The translations under genes and the position numbers were made by a program. The notes under the pieces are model-generated. The model saw nothing but the letters and a program-made list of their open reading frames with translations, made no database searches and had not been told where the DNA came from. A DNA stretch of 34,919 bases, from positions 1-34,919 of the forward strand of contig DASVLR010000046.1 of NCBI GenBank assembly GCA_036384775.1, in the 5' to 3' direction. Origin of the DNA: Minisyncoccota bacterium (GTDB lineage: Bacteria; Patescibacteriota; Minisyncoccia; Phycocordibacterales; PALSA-1337). Shown here in pieces: positions 7,481 through 14,891 of the stretch (positions are counted from its first letter, which is position 1; each line of letters begins with the position of its first letter).

Positions 7481-8020
7481 CTAGATTCCCGTTTGGCATA
7501 CTGTCCAAAGCCCGACACGATCCTGTCGGGCTTTTGCTTCGATAGCTCTAAACTCCGATTGTAGATCATATGGTTTGCCCACCGTATATTCCTTCGCAAA
7601 ACCATTCTCAAGCAGAAATTCATTCACAAACATTCCATCCTCGCGGTACACATACGCCAGGTACCGGCCGTACTTGTCCCGCATCTCACGATCAGGACTA
7701 AATGTCAGTCGAACCTTCTGGTGTTTCAGCAAAGACTTTGTGTCTGCTGAGGCTTCTGGACCGTAACATTGCACCTTCTTGCGAGGATCGACGGTTTCAG
7801 GCGTATTGATACCGAGCATGCGTACGCGCACTTCATGAGCATCAACATCGACACGAAACGTATCGCCATCATCAACATACGTAACCCGGTAGAACTTCGA
7901 GCTATCAATACGTGGCTGTGTCTGTGGTGGTCGTATGACACCCGCCCGAACGAGGCATACACCCATGCCCAGACACGCAAAAATACCGCACACAGCGACG
8001 ATCAGTGCATTTTTGGACAT
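7481..8020 (-). CDS. Membrane-anchored thermonuclease (staphylococcal nuclease/SNase family)
   Basis: VDDGDTFRV..VRMLGINTPE..YGPEAS..GRYLAYV pattern of SNase, with an N-terminal hydrophobic anchor. The ATG at 8020 (MSKNAL) is preferred over the GTG at 8038. Confidence 0.8.
   Translation of the reverse strand: MSKNALIVAVCGIFACLGMGVCLVRAGVIRPPQTQPRIDSSKFYRVTYVDDGDTFRVDVDAHEVRVRMLGINTPETVDPRKKVQCYGPEASADTKSLLKHQKVRLTFSPDREMRDKYGRYLAYVYREDGMFVNEFLLENGFAKEYTVGKPYDLQSEFRAIEAKARQDRVGLWTVCQTGI
7508..7536 (+). terminator. Rho-independent terminator of trxB, embedded in the 3' coding end of the convergent nuclease gene
   Basis: AAAGCCCGACA / TGTCGGGCTTT stem followed by a T-run (7532-7535). The same bases encode ...KARQDRVGLW on the - strand. 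Confidence 0.7.
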
Positions 8021-8101
8021 TCTCTGTGATACAAACACTACATGGCAGAGACGCGACCCTTCGCGAGCGCTGATAGTATATCACCGGCATGTCGGGGCAA
8101 A

Positions 8102-8132
8102 CAAAAAGACGGGATCCTAGGCCCGCCTTTTT
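8102..8132. terminator. Bidirectional hairpin terminator downstream of the DUF2795 gene
   Basis: AAAAAGACGGG-atcctagg-CCCGCCTTTTT, flanked by an A-run and a T-run; one mismatch in the stem. Confidence 0.5.
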
Positions 8133-8140
8133 GCTGATGT

Positions 8141-8353
8141 TTATTGTGCGTTCTGCTTCTTACGTACCTCCTTGCTGACATCGGCGACACTGTCATACTC
8201 CTTTTCATCGATACCGCCGAGGGCTTCGATGATTTCCTGCGGTGCGTCGTTGTCGCTCGCGACATCGATCAGATCCTGCTTGGTAGCCGGATAATCGACG
8301 CCGGCGAGGTACTTTTGTACGTCGACCGCACCATTCTGTGTGTTGTCTGGCAT
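8141..8353 (-). CDS. DUF2795 domain protein
   Basis: VQKYLAGVDYPATKQDLIDVASDNDAPQEIIEAL matches the DUF2795 pattern as I recall it. Confidence 0.7.
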   Translation of the reverse strand: MPDNTQNGAVDVQKYLAGVDYPATKQDLIDVASDNDAPQEIIEALGGIDEKEYDSVADVSKEVRKKQNAQ

Positions 8354-8439
8354 GGTTGTAGATAAGACTAGTCCTTATAAACGCGACATCAACTAAGACG
8401 TCTGCACATGCCGACTCGTTACACACAAATTATAGAGAA

Positions 8440-9261
8440 CTAGAACCCGAAAATACCCTTGAAGAAGTGGCCTATCGAACCGAAGAAACCATTGCCGGCT
8501 CCCGTGGGACCTGAACTTGAACCCTGGGGTGCCGCTTTGCCGTCGATGATCGACGAAGCAGTCACTGACGAACCATTCACGACACCCTGGACGATGAGAA
8601 AATCGCCCGTAGCGATAGCGGATGCCGTTGATGCGGAACCGCCCTTCATGACAGTGGCGTTCGATGCATCGATCACAAATGAAGTATTGCTCGCGGTGGT
8701 AATGGTCACCGAAGTGCCATTGACCGACGAGACGGTACCCGCAACCACCGGCTGGCCATTGCCCTTCACCGGAGGCCGAGCGCCTCCCGGACCGCCCTCA
8801 ACCCCGCCCGGGCGCTTGATATCACCGGGGATGCCGTCGCGTATAACCTGAGCGACTACATTTGTACCCGTGACTGTTCCCTGAATATAGACGCGATCAT
8901 TGAGCGCGATGCTTGAGAATGTGCTCGTCGCATTTTTCTTGAAGATCGTTGCGTGCGAGGCGTCGACCATATATGTCGTCGTAGCCGTCATTTTGCTGGT
9001 CGACTGACCAGGTCCATGACCGCTGACGGTAAGAGTCGTGCCGTTGATAGCGGTGACGACACCGGTAATACCCGGCACCGTACGCATCATCATGCCCGCA
9101 CCCTTACCCGGACCCTGATGATCTCGAGTCTGCGCCGGCCTGCCGCCCTGCACTGACGCATTGATCTGCGTCTGCGCAAAAGCAGGTACCGTACACGCCG
9201 CATACACCGCTGCAGCTACTACAGTCACACCGACAAGCGAGCTGCGTGAAATGAGTTTCAT
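8440..9261 (-). CDS. Secreted protein with tandem DUF5666-like beta domains
   Basis: The start at 9261 gives the signal peptide MKLISRSSLVGVTVVAAAVYAACTVPAFAQ. The module (I/V)xGxVxxxNGTxxT(V/I)... is repeated. The upstream 77 codons of the 8440..9492 ORF look non-coding. Confidence 0.65.
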   Translation of the reverse strand: MKLISRSSLVGVTVVAAAVYAACTVPAFAQTQINASVQGGRPAQTRDHQGPGKGAGMMMRTVPGITGVVTAINGTTLTVSGHGPGQSTSKMTATTTYMVDASHATIFKKNATSTFSSIALNDRVYIQGTVTGTNVVAQVIRDGIPGDIKRPGGVEGGPGGARPPVKGNGQPVVAGTVSSVNGTSVTITTASNTSFVIDASNATVMKGGSASTASAIATGDFLIVQGVVNGSSVTASSIIDGKAAPQGSSSGPTGAGNGFFGSIGHFFKGIFGF

Positions 9262-9412
9262 GGTGAAAGAGTAAATAATAAAACAGGGTTCGACGTACTT
9301 CCCTGATATGCAAATAGTACGCAGTGACCGCCTCAGCGGGTGCAACGGGTACGTGGCATAATTCTGTCTTCGGTCACGCGAAAGCCCGGAGGGGGCCGGT
9401 CTCCTCGGTGCT

Positions 9413-9441
9413 TTGACAGAATACAATTTTAGGTATATAAT
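9413..9441 (+). promoter_or_regulatory. Perfect sigma-70 consensus promoter
   Basis: TTGACA (9413-9418), exactly 17 nt, then TATAAT (9436-9441), upstream of the ATG at 9483. Confidence 0.75.
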
Positions 9442-9482
9442 ATGTGCCGAACCCTTCCCAACAATTACATATACGTTACGTA

Positions 9483-9806
9483 ATGAATGCAATTGAATTC
9501 CTCTCCGGACACGCCGAGCAAGCGCATGATGAGTACCTCACAAGGCTCATCCCCGTCCTCATGGCAGCCGTCAATAAAGACGCAAGCCTTACTCCGGGTC
9601 AACAAAACCTGCTCATCCGAAACCTGAATCGTCTCGCGCACAGTCTCGGAAAACTGTCCCCTCCCGTCACTTCCGGCCCGTTCAAGAATCAGGCGGCTCG
9701 CCTCAAGCACGAGGAAGCGCTTCGGAATAAAGAAGAGGAAGTCGCCACGCTCATTGACCACAACGTGATGCACATCGCCGGCTTCATCAATACCTGCCAC
9801 GAGTAA
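9483..9806 (+). CDS. Hypothetical protein (107 aa)
   Basis: The first ATG downstream of the consensus promoter opens the ORF (MNAIEFLSGH...), and a terminator follows. No recognisable family. Confidence 0.5.
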   Translation: MNAIEFLSGHAEQAHDEYLTRLIPVLMAAVNKDASLTPGQQNLLIRNLNRLAHSLGKLSPPVTSGPFKNQAARLKHEEALRNKEEEVATLIDHNVMHIAGFINTCHE

Positions 9807-9831
9807 TTTCCTCCCCGCCACCCCACAAGAG

Positions 9832-9862
9832 CCTCCCGGCTTTTGTCGGGTGGTATCTTTTT
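9832..9862 (+). terminator. Rho-independent terminator
   Basis: CCTCCCGGC-tttt-GTCGGGTGG hairpin followed by TATCTTTTT. Confidence 0.6.
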
Positions 9863-9916
9863 ATATGTACAAACAGCTCGCACGTTCCGTCTTTCTCACC
9901 CTTTCTCTCAGTAGCA

Positions 9917-9960
9917 GACAGCAAAATAGAGTGGCATTTTAGCCACTCTATTTTGCTGTT
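9917..9960 (-). terminator. Perfect 17-bp hairpin abutting the 3' end of tRNA-Ser
   Basis: CAGCAAAATAGAGTGGC (9919-9935) / GCCACTCTATTTTGCTG (9942-9958) with a 6-nt loop. It starts 2 nt after the tRNA discriminator base. Confidence 0.6.
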
Positions 9961-9961
9961 G

Positions 9962-10048
9962 CGGAGAGAGAGGGATTCGAACCCTCGAGGAGATTACTCC
10001 CCTGCCGCATTTCGAGTGCGGTGCCTTCGACCACTCAGCCATCTCTCC
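9962..10048 (-). tRNA. tRNA-Ser (anticodon CGA)
   Basis: The reverse complement reads GGAGAGATGGCTGAGTGGTCGAAGGCACCGCACTCGAAATGCGG...long variable arm...GAGGGTTCGAATCCCTCTCTCTCCG. The cloverleaf was checked by hand. CCA is not encoded. Confidence 0.9.
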
Positions 10049-10161
10049 GGTTATCCTCAATGAAACCGCCCCGTACGTACAGGGCTTGGGAACGTCCATA
10101 CTCTAGCATTTTCCTCGATTTTTTGCGAAAAATTCAAAAAAGTGTTATCGTTTTCCAACAC

Positions 10162-10233
10162 GGCCCTATCGTCTAACGGTTAGGACACGGCCTTTTCAAG
10201 GCTGTAATCGGGGTTCGATTCCCCGTAGGGCTA
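10162..10233 (+). tRNA. tRNA-Glu (anticodon UUC)
   Basis: GGCCCTATCGTCTAACGGTTAGGACACGGCCTTTTCAAGGCTGTAATCGGGGTTCGATTCCCCGTAGGGCTA, with anticodon loop TTTTCAA. Confidence 0.9.
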
Positions 10234-10272
10234 CCGTAAAAAGCAGACCAAGTATCCGTCATACCCACCACC

Positions 10273-10593
10273 ATGTCTACGATGCGCAATTTTATCAATT
10301 TCATCCGTGACCGCGGCATCAGCGGTTTCGCCGTCGGCTTTATCCTGGGTAAGGCAACCTCGGATCTTATCGGCTCGCTTGTGAACGACATCATCAATCC
10401 GGTCATCGGTATTGTGACCGGCAACTTCAAGGATCTCTCCACGATGTCCTATACTATTGGCAGCGCCACCATCAATTACGGAAATTTCATCGTGCTTCTT
10501 ATCAATTTCATTATTTTGGCGCTTACCGTTTACATTATCTTCAAAGTACTCCGCCTCGAACGCCTCGACCGGCCTCCGGTTCAGCAAAAATAG
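10273..10593 (+). CDS. mscL: Large-conductance mechanosensitive channel MscL
   Basis: FINFIRDRGISGFAVGFILGKATSDLIGSLVNDIINPVIG matches the MscL N-terminal/TM1 signature; 106 aa. Confidence 0.85.
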   Translation: MSTMRNFINFIRDRGISGFAVGFILGKATSDLIGSLVNDIINPVIGIVTGNFKDLSTMSYTIGSATINYGNFIVLLINFIILALTVYIIFKVLRLERLDRPPVQQK

Positions 10594-10777
10594 GCAGATG
10601 CCCGTTGCGCTGCCGGGGCCGGCATACAAGATAGCGCGGCTACGACATCAGTAGATTTTATAGCGGTTTTTTGGTAGAGTTATCCCGTTCCGCTTGCGCG
10701 CTGGTTGCTTCGCAAACATCGCGCTGCGCTCGCCTCAAATGCGAACGTAGGAACATTCGCATTTTGAAGTCTCGCTT

Positions 10778-10850
10778 GCGCGCTTAGCTCAGTTGGTAGA
10801 GCGACCCCTTGACGTGGGGTAGGCCAGGGGTTCGAGTCCCTTAGCGCGCA
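10778..10850 (+). tRNA. tRNA-Val (anticodon GAC)
   Basis: GCGCGCTTAGCTCAGTTGGTAGAGCGACCCCTTGACGTGGGGTAGGCCAGGGGTTCGAGTCCCTTAGCGCGCA, with anticodon loop TTGACGT. Confidence 0.9.
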
Positions 10851-10860
10851 CAATGACCAC

Positions 10861-10886
10861 AAAGAACCCCGGACGGGGTTCTTTTT
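10861..10886 (+). terminator. Rho-independent terminator after tRNA-Val
   Basis: 10-bp stem AAAGAACCCC / GGGGTTCTTT with a 4-nt loop; the 3' arm ends in a T-run. Confidence 0.8.
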
Positions 10887-10924
10887 GTGCGTAATTCCCA
10901 CCCGCATATGCCGTCTTTTCTAGT

Positions 10925-12475
10925 ATGAACTCATCAGGAAAAAGCATCGCTGTGAGCGTGGGTATCATCATTATTGCTACAGGCCTGGTGTATGTGGTCA
11001 GTACCCGTACGCCGGCACAGTCTCCGGCCGCTCCGGTCATACCAACCGCCCAGACTGCCGCAACGACAACAACCGCAACAAACAATCCTGCTCCGACCAC
11101 ACCCGCAAAACCAAAGCCGACCGCCACCCCGACGACATCGACTCCGAAACCTCCGCAGACCACCCCTGCACCCACTCCAACTCCATCACCAACCCCGGTT
11201 CCACTCCCTCCACGTTCGACGACCTCGGTTTGTAACACGGCATTGATCGACGCATCAGGTCTTGATTCGTCCCGAGTTATTTCAAGGGCAGCCTGCGATC
11301 TGGTGAATAATCTCTACGCAAACGGTCAGGCTGCGGGTAATGTCGGCGATACATACGAGAATCGTGACAATCTTCACGTGAACCTCTGTGAAGACTGGTC
11401 ACCAAACCCAACCTGCCCTATGGATCATCGCCTTTTCCCTCAACATGAGTGGCTGCTCTCCGGCAGCATCGGACGCCGTACGGACGTCCGCAGCGGTGTC
11501 ACCGTCGGCCAGGCTTCATGGGCGGGATTCACGACGAGCAATGACAACAAATACGGCATACCGCACGACATGTATCGCAGCCAGAACGGCGTCAGTGAAT
11601 TGTATGCGCAGTACACGCACAACAATCTATTCATCTACCCTTCTCTGACCGATGACTCGTTTGCGGGCGGAGCAGACAACACAGCCACACTCGCAGACCC
11701 GATCATACTCAATCGATCAACTATCAATATCGCCAACACTCCGTATGTGATCGGTTCAAAACAGATCTCAAAGGCGGGTACCGACTATTTCCGTGTCCAC
11801 GATGCTTCGGGCAGCGACATTCCATTTGTGAAGATTGCAATGCTCGGGCTCGCTTCATTCAAGCCTGAGGTAAAAGCAGCACTCCAAAACGGACCTGTCG
11901 TGAATGGATCCCGCGTCTCCTTCCTCATTCCGACACTCGAAGCCATGATCCGCCATTCGCATCGCTCGGTCCAGGGCGAGGACAGTTATCTCACTTCGAT
12001 CGCACATCGCAGCTCTTCGATGGCGCACTACTTCTCGGGTGGCAAGCCGCAACCGGAATATGACAGCTTCAAACTTGTTCGCATCACTAACAGCCTTTCC
12101 ATTGCGGATATTCCCCCGATGGCAGTGGTTCGCGTCGTCTCTGAGGACTTCCAGGGCTCTGAAAAGACCTTCGATACACCGAGCTCTATCGCACGCTCTG
12201 TAGGTACCAATACTTCGCGTACGATCGCCGTTTCAGCAGCAGGAAGTATTGATCTCGATGGCTCTACCTCAGGACACACCTTCGTATGGCGACTTCTTGA
12301 TACCGATGCTTCAAAGGCAACCATCACCATCGATCCGTCAGATGCATCACGTGCCACAATCAACGTTAACAGCGGCGCTTCGACCGATCGCATCGACGTT
12401 GGCGTGTTCGTAAAAAAGACCAACGGCACCTACTATTCAGTGCCTGGCATGGTTACGGTGTATGTTCATGAATAA
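10925..12475 (+). CDS. Hypothetical membrane-anchored/secreted protein with Pro/Thr-rich linker
   Basis: 516-aa ORF with an N-terminal TM segment (IAVSVGIIIIATGLVYVV) and a ~70-aa P/T/A linker. A ~300-aa unrecognised domain and an Ig-like C-terminal end follow. Confidence 0.7.
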   Translation: MNSSGKSIAVSVGIIIIATGLVYVVSTRTPAQSPAAPVIPTAQTAATTTTATNNPAPTTPAKPKPTATPTTSTPKPPQTTPAPTPTPSPTPVPLPPRSTTSVCNTALIDASGLDSSRVISRAACDLVNNLYANGQAAGNVGDTYENRDNLHVNLCEDWSPNPTCPMDHRLFPQHEWLLSGSIGRRTDVRSGVTVGQASWAGFTTSNDNKYGIPHDMYRSQNGVSELYAQYTHNNLFIYPSLTDDSFAGGADNTATLADPIILNRSTINIANTPYVIGSKQISKAGTDYFRVHDASGSDIPFVKIAMLGLASFKPEVKAALQNGPVVNGSRVSFLIPTLEAMIRHSHRSVQGEDSYLTSIAHRSSSMAHYFSGGKPQPEYDSFKLVRITNSLSIADIPPMAVVRVVSEDFQGSEKTFDTPSSIARSVGTNTSRTIAVSAAGSIDLDGSTSGHTFVWRLLDTDASKATITIDPSDASRATINVNSGASTDRIDVGVFVKKTNGTYYSVPGMVTVYVHE

Positions 12476-12505
12476 AAAAGCACCGCCGGTTGGGACCAGC
12501 GGGCT
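12474..12505 (-). terminator. Terminator shared by the convergent genes (T-run on the - strand)
   Basis: CCGCCGG-ttggga-CCAGCGG hairpin (one mismatch), preceded on the + strand by AAAAAAG, which is a T-run after the hairpin on the - strand. Confidence 0.55.
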
Positions 12506-12535
12506 TCGCACTAAAACAGAAGGAACGAGATGTGT

Positions 12536-13621
12536 TCAAACTTCCTTCTTGATGAGGGTATCCCGCGTGATGTCCGCGAGAGTGTTGCAGCCGGTCTCGA
12601 GCATGCACTGCTGCAATTCGAGCGACAAGATCTGCAGCGCGAGCTTCACGCCGTCGGCGCCGTCGTAGGCCAGGCCGTAGATGGCGGGTCGGCCGATCAA
12701 GACAGCGCGGGCACCCAGTGCCAGAGCCTTGAAGACGTCTTCGCCGGTCCGGATGCCGCCATCCAGGAAAACCGGGATGTATGTGAGCAGCTTCGGATCC
12801 AGTGAGGCGAGAGCGTCGAGCGTCCCTGGCGCATCATCGTTCTGACGACCGCCGTGATTGGAGACAATAACGCCGGCAGTGCCGATGTCGATCGCGGTAG
12901 TGACCTCTTCGGAAGTGAGAACTCCCTTGAGGATCACGGGCACACCCGCGTTCGCGACGACATAGGCCAAGACGCCCCAATCGAGCATACCGGGCATGTG
13001 CCGCTCATAGTATTCGGCGAAGTTAGAGCCGGGGTCGATTTCCTGGAACGGAAGCAGCGGGAGCGCATCAAGGCCAGGGAATCGAACGGCCGGCTGAGAC
13101 GGATCGACGCGGCACATCGAACACCCCTTGAGAGCGTCGATCGTGACGACGATGCCTTTGCAGCCGGCCCGGACTGCCCGGTTGATGTAACGCATCATCA
13201 GCGTCGGATCCCGATACATCAGGATCTGGTAGAGGCCTGACGTCAATGACGCTCCGATATCGGCGAACGGCATTGAGGAGAACGACGAGATGACGTCGAA
13301 GGTGCCGAAATCATGCGCACCGTCATACATCGCCTTTTCCGCACCCCGGTTATAGAGGTTGTGAAAGGCTGTCGGCGCAACCATGATCGGACTGACAATG
13401 TCAGCAAAACCGGTGTCGCACGCGATAGTGGGGGTTTCTGCGGAGCGCCGGATTGTGGGCCGGCGATTCAGATCCCAGCGGTTGTATGCCGAGAGGCTGG
13501 CCTGAAAGGCTTTACCGTCGCCGGCGAAGTTTTGGACATAGGCCATTGTGGCGTGCCCGAGCTCAAGACCGGCATAGGTTTGCAGGTCAGCGATGGAACG
13601 AGGGGTGGTAGCAATAGTCAT
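12536..13621 (-). CDS. FMN-dependent alpha-hydroxy-acid oxidase/dehydrogenase family protein (lactate/glycolate oxidase-like)
   Basis: VILKGV...GVIVSNHGGRQ...FLDGGIRTGEDVFKALALGARAVLIGRP signature of the FMN_dh family; 361 aa. Confidence 0.85.
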   Translation of the reverse strand: MTIATTPRSIADLQTYAGLELGHATMAYVQNFAGDGKAFQASLSAYNRWDLNRRPTIRRSAETPTIACDTGFADIVSPIMVAPTAFHNLYNRGAEKAMYDGAHDFGTFDVISSFSSMPFADIGASLTSGLYQILMYRDPTLMMRYINRAVRAGCKGIVVTIDALKGCSMCRVDPSQPAVRFPGLDALPLLPFQEIDPGSNFAEYYERHMPGMLDWGVLAYVVANAGVPVILKGVLTSEEVTTAIDIGTAGVIVSNHGGRQNDDAPGTLDALASLDPKLLTYIPVFLDGGIRTGEDVFKALALGARAVLIGRPAIYGLAYDGADGVKLALQILSLELQQCMLETGCNTLADITRDTLIKKEV

Positions 13622-13686
13622 GACAGAAAGAAGGAAGTATTGAATTGTGAAGAAGGCCGATCACGAAGGTGGTCGGTCCGGTAACA

Positions 13687-13715
13687 ATACTAGCACAAAA
13701 TAATGATAGTGTCAA
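13687..13715 (-). promoter_or_regulatory. Promoter of the alpha-hydroxy-acid oxidase gene
   Basis: On the - strand: TTGACA (13710-13715), 17-nt spacer, TGC-TAGTAT (-10 at 13687-13692). The ~65-nt leader carries a small hairpin. Confidence 0.65.
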
Positions 13716-13740
13716 TTCAGCTCTGTGGGGCCTTGTGTGG

Positions 13741-13749
13741 TGCTACAAT
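13741..13749 (+). promoter_or_regulatory. Extended -10 promoter (TGCTACAAT), leaderless-type
   Basis: TGC at 13741-13743 and TACAAT at 13744-13749, with 8 nt to the ATG at 13758. Confidence 0.55.
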
Positions 13750-13757
13750 ATACTCAC

Positions 13758-14177
13758 ATGCCATCGAACTACTTAGATACATTTAAAGAATACGGCCCGG
13801 AGCAGATGCGCGACGACCAAATAGTTGCACTGATATTGGATCGCGTTGCTCGTGCAAAAAACGAAACGGGAGTTACAGCGATAGACCCTTCCCTTGTTCA
13901 GGATGAACCCGAACTGCAGGCATGGATGTCCGAACTACAGTCGGAAGTTGATGCGGTATATATGAATCAAGATCCTGAAGCGTGTGTTCAGGCTCAGCTC
14001 TCTATGGATCTACGTCGGTGTGTCGTCTATTATCGAGGCGGGTTCGACAGAATCGCCAAGGAAACATTGCGTGAAGCAATTGATGCGGCTCAGAGTGTGG
14101 TAATGTCGGATACCGGTCTTGCAGAGCTCGCTTCGACGTTCTTGGCACGAATGGAGGCGGGTGAAAATTTGGGATAA
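13758..14177 (+). CDS. Hypothetical protein (139 aa)
   Basis: ORF 13725..14177, with the ATG at 13758 (MPSNYLD...) placed 8 nt after the -10. No recognisable family. Confidence 0.5.
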   Translation: MPSNYLDTFKEYGPEQMRDDQIVALILDRVARAKNETGVTAIDPSLVQDEPELQAWMSELQSEVDAVYMNQDPEACVQAQLSMDLRRCVVYYRGGFDRIAKETLREAIDAAQSVVMSDTGLAELASTFLARMEAGENLG

Positions 14178-14206
14178 AAAGAACCCGCCAAGCGACGGGT
14201 TCGAAG
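14176..14206. terminator. Hairpin terminator between convergent orphan genes
   Basis: AAAAA-GAACCCG-ccaagcga-CGGGTTC. The T-run follows the hairpin on the - strand. Confidence 0.65.
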
Positions 14207-14246
14207 AATGTCGGGCGGGTTGTGTAGTTGTGCGCGTGAGGAAGCG

Positions 14247-14768
14247 TCAGGCCGTCACCGCTTCGTATTGAAGCCAGCGAGGCGCACGCTCGGAGTCCGC
14301 CTTCCAGCCGGCGAAGGATTTGCCGTTGCGCTGGAGGACCAGGTAGTCGGCCTCGACGACACGCTGTGTCGGGTTGCCGACCACGTGGAAACGTTGCGAT
14401 TCGCGATCGTAGACGATCTCGTGGGTCACGACCGCGTCCGCGGGCATGCAGGACTTCATGCTGTCGCTGAGGAGCACGCCGCACGCTTCGCCGGTCGAGT
14501 CGTAACCGGGAACGCAGACCATGGCCGGCGCGTGCGGATCGAACATGACGTCGCGGAGGAGCGCGGTCGAGTATCCATAGACAAAGTTGAGATGGTGGTC
14601 GTCGGGCATAAGCCAGCCTTCGTTGGACTGACGGTGGCGACGGAGACGAGTGAAGGTATCTTTCATGGTATGGGAACGAGCTAGGCTATTGTTTGTGTGA
14701 GTTCTCTCCTTGAAGAAGAGATAACAGGCAACAAATTGCAGCCTATTATCTCTTCTCAAGGAACTCAT
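14247..14768 (-). CDS. Hypothetical protein (start uncertain: 14768 or 14666)
   Basis: The 173-aa ORF has a normal amino-acid mix, unlike its Arg/Val/Gly-rich antisense partner 14208..14684. The alternative start MKDTF at 14666 would leave the 14708-14761 inverted repeat in the leader. Confidence 0.5.
   Translation of the reverse strand: MSSLRRDNRLQFVACYLFFKERTHTNNSLARSHTMKDTFTRLRRHRQSNEGWLMPDDHHLNFVYGYSTALLRDVMFDPHAPAMVCVPGYDSTGEACGVLLSDSMKSCMPADAVVTHEIVYDRESQRFHVVGNPTQRVVEADYLVLQRNGKSFAGWKADSERAPRWLQYEAVTA
14708..14761 (-). promoter_or_regulatory. 16-17-bp inverted repeat (operator- or RNA-hairpin-like)
   Basis: CCTTGAAGAAGAGATAA (14708-14724) / TTATCTCTTCTCAAGG (14746-14761), one bulged base, 21-nt loop. 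Confidence 0.45.
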
Positions 14769-14788
14769 AATCTATATGTCTGGCAGAG

Positions 14789-14818
14789 AATTTAGCATCA
14801 TATAGCAAACTATGTCAA
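14789..14818 (-). promoter_or_regulatory. Putative promoter for the 14247..14768 gene
   Basis: On the - strand: TTGACA (14813-14818), 18-nt spacer, TAAATT (14789-14794). Confidence 0.45.
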
Positions 14819-14853
14819 TAGCACTCCCCATGTTCGATTCCGTACACTGAACA

Positions 14854-14882
14854 TTGCCATATTCAATATTTTGTGTTATTAA
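14854..14882 (+). promoter_or_regulatory. Promoter of the 14892 ORF, near-leaderless
   Basis: TTGCCA (14854-14859), 17-nt spacer, TGT-TATTAA (-10 at 14877-14882), then 9 nt to the ATG at 14892. Confidence 0.55.
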
Positions 14883-14891
14883 AAAGACTGT

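Noticed and set aside
9262-9492. N-terminal extensions of ORF-track calls (8440..9492, 30718..31995, 19010..20008, 26101..27174, 7481..8038, 2162..2449)
   Set aside because: Internal starts give canonical signal or anchor peptides or avoid overlap with upstream genes and promoters. The extended parts cover promoter or leader sequence.
9908-10099. ORFs overlapping tRNA genes (9908..10099, 10173..10442, 10680..10907, 15546..15755)
   Set aside because: They are explained by tRNA-Ser, tRNA-Glu/mscL antisense, tRNA-Val and tRNA-Glu/murF, with no independent coding evidence.
10690-10784. 12-nt duplication CGCTTGCGCGCT (10690-10701 and 10773-10784, the latter including the tRNA-Val 5' acceptor strand), plus the 9-bp hairpin AAATGCGAA/TTCGCATTT at 10737-10765, as a degenerate tRNA or small RNA
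   Set aside because: There is no T-arm or anticodon arm between the repeats, and the segment is CG-dinucleotide-rich low-complexity sequence. It is most simply the tRNA-Val promoter or leader region. It is not strong enough to call.
11040-11215. Pro/Thr-coding low-complexity DNA as a tandem repeat or VNTR or contingency locus
   Set aside because: No exact repeating unit is visible. It is compositional bias within a coding linker, not a tandem array.
10789-11238. 149-aa ORF antisense to the Pro/Thr linker, which also overlaps tRNA-Val
   Set aside because: It has Gly/Val-rich low-complexity sequence, the complement of P/T codons, and it overlaps a tRNA gene. It is not a plausible gene.
14208-14684. 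158-aa + strand ORF overlapping the 14247..14768 gene
   Set aside because: Its composition (R, V, G, A, H rich) is typical of the antisense frame of a GC-rich gene. The - strand ORF has a balanced composition, a downstream terminator with a T-run on its strand and an upstream promoter-like element.
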